DNA of 20,000 bases, taken from positions 55,419 to 75,418 of the forward strand of contig JAVECL010000049.1 of the NCBI GenBank assembly GCA_051942245.1, written 5' to 3'. Made by a program: the position numbers and the translations under genes. The notes beneath the pieces were generated by a model. The model was not told the DNA's origin, searched no databases, and was given only the letters and a program-made list of their open reading frames with translations. Position 1 is the stretch's first letter; every line of letters starts with the position of its first letter. Of the stretch, positions 11,102 through 20,000 are shown one piece after another. Source of the DNA: Trypethelium eluteriae. Its lineage: Eukaryota.

Positions 11102-11654
11102 GGTAGAGAGAGGGACGCCTGCGGTTCTGCACAGACGGAGAAAGGAAGCTTGACGCGGTTGAGGGTGGTTGCTGTTCAATGAGAGTGAAGCTTTAAAAGG
11201 CGCGTTCTAAATTCCGTCGCGCATACCTTAAGGTGTCTGGCTAGAGTCATGTGACCGCATCACATCAGGTACCTCCATAATCGCTACCGAAATTTATGAC
11301 CAAAAATACATTCAACCAATGCTACCACTTTCATTTGATTGTGAATGTACATCGGGACTTTTAATGGTCTTGGATTGAATCAGGATTCTAATCCTTATAT
11401 CACAAATACCATGAGATTATGGTCTGTACAATTGGTGGTGATTGTAAGGCTGTGTAAAGCTATCAGTATATGGCTATGCATGCTTCACAAGCTCGTCAGA
11501 AGCATTCGAGTAAGCCACTATACGTTTCTTAGGCAATTTTCGCCAGTATTAAAACTAGTGAATGGTGTCCCTGGTGTCTTGATATCAACTTGCGACGAAA
11601 TAGACCATCCGATTTCAAGCAAAGCGGAACAAGGCCCACCTTTTGTGCCTGACA

Positions 11655-12907
11655 TCAACCCAGGATTTTCAATCCACCCTTGGTCTTGGTCTGCTTACTC
11701 ACTCCTGCTGCACTCACTCCATTGCCACCAGATCCTCCTCCACGTTTGTGGTCCTTCCCTCGCCTCCCTCCTTTCCCGTTGTTTTTCTTGCTGTTAGGAT
11801 TGACTGCTTTGATTTCAGTCGTGCTACGGCGGATCAAGACCTGTTCCTTCATTAGCAGAGTGACGATAGATCTAATCAGGACATGGCTCTAATCAATACC
11901 GGATGGCTTCCAATGTATTTTCCTTGCATTTCCTTTGCAGCACGGAAAAAGTCGTCCCCGTCACTGAAGCTAACGAACCCGTAACCTTCGCTCTTGGTCG
12001 TGCGCTTGTCGCGGACGACTTTAGCCTTGACCAAACTTGGATATTTGGAAAACGCCTTGAGAAGAGAGTCGTCCGTAACTTCACCGGCAAGATTGCCAAC
12101 GAAGAATCTGAAGTGTGCAGGATCCCATTCCAGCAATGTCGGATCCTGCCATGTTCTGCCACCACCACTCCTCACCACTGTCTTCTGTCGACCATCTGCG
12201 CCAGCAACGACGGAAGCGACGCCAGTATCGGAGTTCACAGCCGCATTGACCTCGTTAGTGGAAAGCTGAGCAGATGAAGGATTTCCACTGCCCAGCGGCA
12301 CACGGTTCGCATTTCCAACTGATACAGATCCATCTGTACGACCCCGTCCAGCTCCCTTGCTAGCACTTGCGTCATCTTTCGTTGCATATGCACTTTGCCA
12401 TTGCGCTATTTGAGCTTCGTAGTCAGGGTCGTAGGTTCCGCTACCACCAAAACCGCGACCACGCCCCGCGCCGGAACTTGATTCTTGACCAGGAAGTGGG
12501 AAAGGGTTAACCATCTGTGGCGGCGTAGGTTGGGTGTAGTCTTGTTGTGGATAATAGGACTGGTGATACTGGGACTCTTGATAGCCAGCGCCAGGATAAG
12601 CGGTTTGCGAAGCAGAGTATCCAGGCGATGGCGCACTCGAAGAAGCTGAGGGCGAAGGGTACGCATTGTTTACGGTACGTGGTTTGAAACCTGTGAATGA
12701 TCCGCTGTTGAAGCTGCCTCCATTGTTGCCGTGTTTTTTGGTTCCCGCTGCAGCGGACGTGCCCGAGTTGGGAAAGGAAGGCGCAAAAGATGACGGAGAG
12801 TTCGCAGGCGGAGGTGGGCGCGCAGGGAGCGATGGATGAGGTTGAGGGGTTGAGGACTTTGAACCGGATTGAGAGTTCTTAAGGCCTGGAGGTGGTGGAT
12901 ATGCCAT
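11655..12907 (-). CDS. RBM42: RRM RNA-binding protein, RBM42-like, with P/S/G-rich N-terminus and basic C-terminal tail
   Basis: VVRSGGGRTWQDPTLLEWDPAHFRFFVGNLAGEV (RNP2)…KSEGYGFVSF (RNP1)…MQGKYIGSHPV. Probable ATG 12907; intron 11899-11841 (GTATTG…GCTAAT…AACAG). Confidence 0.85.
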
Positions 12908-13501
12908 GGTGAATTGGTGGTTCACTGAGAGCTTTTGTGGAACTTACGAGGCCGAAGCAGATATGCCTTCTCGTCAACGCCGCTGTCCCATGATGGAGTG
13001 CGGATTTTGAACGTTTTAGCTAGTGCCTCGTGAGGAAAGTCGCTGGATGTAAGGTTTGATGGACGTGGAGTTGATGTGTAGAAGTTGTTGAAGCGGTGGG
13101 TGCGGCATGCGCGTTGGGTGGAGGCAGTGACTAGCCGGCTAAAGTTGCCACCGGCGGATTTTGCCCGGATGGAAGAGAAATGCCTCAAGCATGCAAACCC
13201 GAGATATTGTGAAATGAATGGTAAACTCGGGTTCGGTTTACTGTGCCACGCAGCGAATAGCTATCCGGAAGCAGTACTGACTAAGGCTGTTACGGAGTAT
13301 TGCGCTGTCAAATTGACGCAACGGGCATTACGGAAGCGCTGATAAAACACTCAGAGCCCCGCCCCCTCCATATTGCTCCCACCTAGAATCTTGTCACCCG
13401 AGCCTTTACACTCACCTACTAAAAATCTTCTTCGATCTCGCTCTATTGCTGAAGTCCCCATCAATTCTTCTTCATACAATTGTGCAAGGTCGCCGTGCAA
13501 G

Positions 13502-15320
13502 ATGAGTTCGGAGCCAGTGTAAGTTGCAAAACTTTCTAGAAGCCGCTTCCCGCACACTACCGCTGTGGTGGGTTATATCATTTAGCATGATACTTTGACG
13601 TTAAGTCTTTGTGCTGTCCAACCCCCTCTCGACCTGAGTGTCTGCTTTCAGCGCAATGGCTAACGCTCTCGCGCGCCTCGCCCGCATCAATGTGGGCGAG
13701 CCTGCGCGGATTATTCCCAGTGGAGATTTCGGCCTCATTGGCTTGGCCGTCATGGGCCAAAATCTGATCATGAACGCTGCCGATCATGGTTTCACCGTCG
13801 TCGCCTTCAATCGAACCGTCGCAAAGGTAGACCGCTTTCTGAACAATGAGGCCAAGGGCATGTCTATTGTTGGAGCACACTCAATTGAAGAATTCGTCCA
13901 AAAGCTTAAGAAACCACGGCGAATGATGATGCTTGTCATGGCTGGCAAGCCCGTCGATGACTTCATTGAAACTCTTCTCGGTGCTGGTGTTGAGAAGGGT
14001 GACATCATTATTGACGGTGGCAACTCACACTTCCCCGACACAAATCGCCGTACAAAATACTTAGCTGGGAAGGGCATTCGCTTTGTTGGAACTGGTGTCT
14101 CTGGTGGCGAGGAAGGTGCTAGATATGGGCCCAGTATCATGCCAGGAGGGAATGAAGAAGCCTGGCCATACGTCAAGGACGTGCTTCAAAGCATCTCTGC
14201 GAAGAGCGACGGAGAAGCCTGTTGCCAATGGGTCGGTGATGAAGGTGCTGGTCACTATGTGAAGATGGTTCACAATGGTATCGAATATGGTGATATGCAA
14301 CTGATATCTGAGGTATTCCTAACCTGCGAATGGACGACAATGACGTCGTCGTGTAGATGCGGACCTTGCTAATGTTCCACAATAGGCTTACGACATCATG
14401 AAGCGTGGCATCGGACTTTCCAATAAAGAGATGGGTGATGTGTTTGCAAAATGGAACAAAGGTGTCCTCGACTCTTTCCTCATTGAAATCACCCGGGATA
14501 TCATGTACTATAACGATGACGATGGCACCCCTCTTTTGGAGAAGATTCTTGACTCAGCGGGGCAGAAGGGAACAGGAAAGTGGACTGCTATCAACGCGTT
14601 GGATCTCGGCATGCCAGTGACCTTGATTGGCGAGGCTGTCTTTGCCCGATGCCTGAGTTCTCTAAAAGCCGAACGAGGTCGTGCGTCGCAAAAACTTGCA
14701 GGCCCCACTCCTAAGTTCGAGGGCAACAAGGAGGAGGCTTTGGCAAACTTAGAGCAGGCGCTCTATGCTTCAAAAATCATTTCCTATGCCCAAGGATTCA
14801 TGCTTATCCAGAACGTAAGTGCAGTATTGTCCTTCAACGGATCAGTGGAAACGATTCTGATGCTCATTGGTCACTTCAGGCCGCTAAGGAATACTCATGG
14901 AAACTCAACAAGCCTGAAATTGCGCTCATGTGGCGAGGAGGTTGTATCATCCGCTCGGTCTTCTTGAAGGATATAACGGCCGCTTTCCGCAAGAACCCTG
15001 ACCTCGAGAATCTTCTCTTTGACGACTTCTTTAACGACGCTATCCACAAGGCCCAGAGTGGGTGGCGCGATACTGTCAGCAAGGGCGCACTTTGGGGAAT
15101 TCCAACGCCGGCATTCAGCACTGCGCTCAGCTTCTATGATGGGTACAGGACCAAGGATCTGCCAGCCAACCTTCTCCAAGCACAGCGAGACTACTTCGGC
15201 GCCCACACATTCAGAATCAAGCCCGAATTTGCAAGCGAGAAATATCCTGAAGGTAAGGACAACCATGTCAATTGGACCGGCAGGGGTGGGAACGTGTCAG
15301 CTTCGACATACACGGCATAG
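13502..15320 (+). CDS. GND1: 6-phosphogluconate dehydrogenase, decarboxylating, 4 exons
   Basis: Micro-exon ATGAGTTCGGAGCCAGT (13502-13518), intron to 13720, then [79 protein letters not shown]; further introns ~14313-14385 and 14815-14879. Confidence 0.97.
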
Positions 15321-15834
15321 ACAGGACAAATTGTTCTTCAGTGGATGATGGAATTAGAGTCATTGGCGTGAGGTGCGCCGGTTGTATCTAACGGCAAGGA
15401 TCGTGGCAGTTTGGTATGACAGAATAGCGCGGGTAGACAAAGCTAGATTTCATTGCGATAGAAGTCACGTCAAGTGTAGACGAAATCACTAAATCACCGG
15501 ATGGTGAACGATTGTTGCCCTGCAGCGGCGCTCCCGCCGAAAGCGCACGGCCGTAGCCGCTCCCTCTCCTCGCTTGCCCGTCACCACCATCAAACTACTT
15601 CACCAAGGCCTGGAGAGAGAGGCAGTAGCGCACTTTCAGCGCACACTCTGTTTCTTCCCTTCTTCGCGTGGGAGTTGTATATCTTCTTTTCCCTTTTCTT
15701 GACACTCTTTCGCAGACAGTTTCGCTCATGCTACAGCGTGAATGTTTGTCTCCTTAGAGCCTTTTTTTTTTTTAGTACGGCAACGAGGGCGGCGTTGGGA
15801 TTGAATCGCTTGTCAGAGCGGTAGATCACCCACT

Positions 15835-16757
15835 ATGGCCGAGAACAAGCGCAACTCTGCCGCCGGGAGGGTCGCGACACCAAAGATCGCGCCTCAGGTA
15901 GGCATGCAAGAGCTGGATGCTGCACTAGCCAAGGCAGTTGGCGCACGGTACGTCACTGATTACCTGTTTACTGTTCTTTTTCATTTCGCGTGGCTCCTGT
16001 CTACACGACCCCATTCCTCAAATACGCGAAAACGCGCTGACTGAGTTGACATGCAGTGTAAAAATCACAACCACCGTACAAAACCACACACTCGAAGGGA
16101 CGCTATTTACAGCGTGTCCCATCACTAATCTCCTTGTCCTCAACACTACTCCACCACCACCAAACCCTTCCTCTACGCTTGCCTCTCAACCCTGCGACTA
16201 CCATGCGGTACATGTCTCCAAGATTCAGTCGTATCAGATTCAATCACTTAACAATGACATATCACACGGTGATGGTGTGACTGAAAGTGGTCTCTTTTCC
16301 ATAGGAAAAATTGACACCAAGGCACTGAAAGCAAGAGAGCAGGCAGCGATTGGAAAGATCAAGGAGCGAGATGCAATGAAAGGAAAAGGAGTGAGTAAGG
16401 AGGCACAAGATATCTTCGACGCGTTGGCAAGGACGTAAGTCACCTTTTGCTTTTCTACGGACATCCAACTTGGGCCCAAAATGAATAGCATATGCGCACG
16501 ATACTCTAGGATGTTGAACATCTTTCTGACGGGCAAGAAATAGTTTACCGGCACGTTGGCACGAGACGTCGATGATTATTAATGACGTGGTGAGAATTGA
16601 CCAACCTTACCGAGTTGAAGATTGCAAGGCTCCATATGACCAGGCACACGCATTAGAGCGAGTGAAGAAAGTGCTTGAATATGAGCGGAGAAAGATTGGT
16701 GAGAAGACTGGCCGATCTGGGGTTGCTACACCGGTGGGATTGCGGAAAGGAGGATGA
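15835..16757 (+). CDS. LSM12: LSM12-like protein (Sm-like N-terminal + anticodon-binding AD domain), 3 exons
   Basis: AVGAR|VKITT…LEGTLFTACPITNLLVL; GKGVSKEAQDIFDALART|LPARWHETSMIINDVVRIDQPYRVEDC…ALERVKKVLE. Introns ~15948-16056 and 16435-16543. Confidence 0.82.
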
Positions 16758-17833
16758 GATGGGAATATCTGATCGCAGACGATGTCGCAATCCTCGCAGA
16801 TCTGCATGTTTCAGAGGTCCGCGACCTTCTAGAAAAACAAGGGCAGCCAAGCTCCAGTAGTAGTCCCAGGAGACAGATGTTCGACATCTGTTCACGGTAC
16901 AAACCGAATTCATAATTCCAAACGTTCGAAGCCACCAGATTGCTCCGATTCCTTCAGAAGGTACGACGACGGGAGACAGTAATAATGATTGATTGGGCCC
17001 AGAAGCCTGTGCAGGCCGTAGCCACGTAAGATGGGTATTCGAATGCTGTGGTGGCTGTGGTTTCCATTGCGGCCCAGGATAGGTCAAAGAGGGGTGCAAC
17101 TATTGCCACAGGCGCCTCTTTCAAACCGCCACCCCTGCAGGCCACGGGTGGCCAGCTCTCCAGCTTGGTTGCTGGGGACTAGAAGCAGCCCCCAACCTGA
17201 AAACACCTGACGCGCTTGGCTGGCTGCATTCATTGCCTCTCGTCGTTCGGAATTCGATACGCTTATCGTTCCCACTTGCAAGAAGCTATTACCCTATCTG
17301 TTCCTAATCCTCATCTTGTCGCCCGCTGCCACCTCCTTGCCCACTACTACTCTGCGTCAAGACGTCACTCGCTGTTCCCAGTAAACCGACTATTCTCTCC
17401 TGGCGCCTGGCCTGTATTCCGTACCCCATCCCTACCAAGCCTGCATCGGCTGACGAACAACCTGTAACGCAAGAAGTCGCCTTCAGCTCTCCCCGCAGAA
17501 TCCTCCCGTGCCTGTGCCCGTGTCCTCCCGTTCCCATCGCGACCATTATTCGGAGTTGTCCTCGCCTCAACTCCTTGGAACCTGCATCTTCTTCTTACGA
17601 ATTAAGCTACGACTTCGACTGACGACGCACACGGTATTCACACGAGAGAGCACGACCGATTGTCGATACACACCTCATGCCGCCTCCGAGGATATAATTT
17701 ATTCTCTGCGCCAGGCCCGCAGCCTTCCCCTCTATTGTAAATATTTCTTGGTCCGGGAATACTTTTGCAACCGATTCCTTTGATCAGCTGGAAGTGACGG
17801 CTTGACGCTGTCACTTCACCCTACCTACCCATC

Positions 17834-20000
17834 ATGGACCTAGCTACCAATCTCGTGCTTGAGGCAACGCGCGTTTATGCCCGAGCTGATACCACGACGA
17901 GCCCGTCTCCCTCCTCCACATCCTCTGCGAGCACCGCGAACCGCCCTCCGATATACAAGATAATAGGAATTATACTCGCCACGTGCTCTGGTCTATTCAT
18001 CGGCATATCGTTTGTCCTAAAAAAGACTGGGTTGCTCAAGGCGAATGCCAAATACCATGAAGAGGCTGGAGAAGGCTACGGCTATCTGAAGAACGCTTGG
18101 TGGTGGAGCGGCATGACTCTGATGATTATTGGAGAGATTTGCAACTTCGTGGCATATGCTTTCGTCGACGCCATTCTCGTCACACCCTTGGGAGCTTTAT
18201 CCGTGGTCATTACGACGATTCTATCGGCAATATTCTTAAAGGAACGATTGAGCTTTGTGGGCAAAGTCGGCTGCTTTAATTGCATTATCGGCTCCGTCGT
18301 CATTGTCGTCAATGCACCAGCCCAGTCCTCCGCAGCTACGATTCAAGAGATGCAGCATTTTGTCATTGCACCGGGCTTCTTGAGCTATGCAGGAGTCATA
18401 ATCGTCGGCTGTGTGATTGTTGCTCTGTGGGTTGCGCCCAGATACGGAAAGAAAAGCATGCTGGTCTACCTCACGATCTGCAGCCTTATAGGCTCTTTAA
18501 GTGTTGTTAGTACGCAAGGCTTAGGCGCTGCTATCGTCACGCAGATCTCTGGGACACCCCAATTCAACCAGTGGTTCCTCTACGTTCTTCTTGTATTCGT
18601 TGTCGCCACCCTTGTCACTGAAATCATATACCTCAACGTAAGTGAAACGAGATCTTTCCATTGATGACTTACGCACAGCTAATACTGCACAGAAAGCACT
18701 CAATATTTTTAACGCAGCATTGGTCACGCCGACATACTATGTATATTTTACGAGCGCTACGATTGTCACATCAGCAATTCTTTTCCGTGGATTCAAAGGC
18801 ACCCCTCTTCAGATCGCAACTGTAGTTATGGGTTTCTTCCAAATCTGTACAGGTGTCATTCTCCTACAACTCTCCAAATCATCCAAAGACGTTCCGGACG
18901 CCGCCGTCTTCAAAGGTGATCTCGACCAAGTGCGCACCGTCGCCGAGCAAGAAGAACCCGAATACGAGCCTCGCGCCGACACCGTCCGGGGCGGTGGAGC
19001 AATCATCCGCGCCATTTCCGTGAGACGAGACAAGAAGCAGATGGAGGAGTTCAAGCGGATCCAGGAAGAGCACATGGAGCCCATCGGCGAAGACGAGCAA
19101 GTCGAATTCGACGGACTCCGACGTCGCCGCACCGTCCTCAGCAATCCCAGCACCACCCCCAGCCTAAGCGTCCGCCGCACCAAGACCATCCACCCCCCAC
19201 TCGGCATGTCTCACTTCCCTGACGACAACGACTCCACCCAGAGCGACGACGACGTCCACCCGGGCTTCTTCCCCAACCTCAAAAAGCGCGCCCAAACCGC
19301 CACTTGGATGCCGGGTCACCGCCACCCGAGCCCCGTGCCCCTCGGCAGCATCACCTCCCCCACAAAAGAAGGCGGCCGCAACGACAGCCTCCGCGTCCCG
19401 AGCCACCACGACGTCGACACCAGCTACCGCTCCCCCGGCGCGCAGAGCATCTCCTTCGCTGCAGACGTCGTCTCGCGCAGCAGCAGCCAGAACCTGGCGC
19501 CCACCCCGCCGCCCCACAGCGCGCCTCCGAACCGTCGCCAATTCAGCTTCCAGAACGTCTTCTCGCGCTCTCGCTCCGGCAGCAAGGCGCCCGAGGACGA
19601 CGGGAGCGTGCGGCCGACGAGTCGCGGTGCGCTGAGTTTTGTGGGTGGTGGTGGTGGCGGTGGAGGCGGCTCGCACTCGAGGAAGACGAGTCGCGGCCAG
19701 AAGGATGGGGCGGGCGGGAGTGATGGCGCGACGGAGGAGGAGCGGTTGGGGCTTGTGAAGGGGGATTCGAGCGCGTGGCCTGAGGGGTATGATCCGTATG
19801 GTAAGAATGATGGTGGTGATGAGGATGATGATGCGACGTTACCGGAGTACAGTGAGGATGAGAGCGATGAGGATCGACGAGGCTTCTCTGGCCCCCGGAT
19901 TCGGAGTCCTTCGCCGATTGAGGAGGTAGATGAGAGGGCGTTTAGGCGGCAGGAAAGCAGTAGTAGCGATGAGGCGTTTCACCATGTTGGGGTGAGGGAC
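17834..20000 (+). CDS. NIPA-family (DUF803) magnesium transporter, 3'-truncated by the window end
   Basis: IGISFVLKKTGL…GYGYLKNAWWWSGMTLMIIGEICNFVAYAF..AILVTPLGALSV…FLKERL; intron ~18638-18692; KALNIFNAALVTPTYYVYFT; long hydrophilic C-terminal tail with no stop seen before the end. Confidence 0.92.

Noticed and set aside
13575..13640. Possible intronic box C/D snoRNA in GND1 intron 1
   Set aside because: A CTGA is present but there is no proper RTGATGA box C or terminal stem.
15318..15371. Stop-codon readthrough adding a cryptic PTS1 to 6PGD
   Set aside because: The context is TAG-ACA rather than TGA-CTA, and the extension ends …ESLA*, not SKL-like.
19164..19723. ORFs 19164-19676 (-) and 19304-19723 (+)
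   Set aside because: Alternative frames of the GC-rich NIPA tail.

Overview
Eukaryotic (filamentous ascomycete-type) genomic DNA with short GT-AG introns, in two halves. The left ~8.5 kb looks accessory: a BBE-like FAD oxidoreductase (-) divergent from an MFS transporter (+), a secreted tyrosinase (-), and a possible degenerate gene remnant. The right part is housekeeping: Ssr4 (SWI/SNF-RSC subunit), an RBM42-like RRM protein, 6-phosphogluconate dehydrogenase, LSM12 and a NIPA-family Mg2+ transporter that runs off the window end. The most striking feature is two copies of a 181-bp, TA-flanked, almost fully palindromic MITE-like element (4740-4920, perfect 87-bp arms; 7477-7657, decayed) that tightly bracket the whole tyrosinase gene. 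Other notable signals: a hairpin between branch point and 3' splice site in GND1 intron 1 with an in-frame alternative acceptor; an RBM42 intron whose 5' end encodes the same VLIR peptide as the next exon; and a Pro-rich uORF plus hairpin upstream of the Mg2+ transporter. All exon boundaries were inferred by eye.
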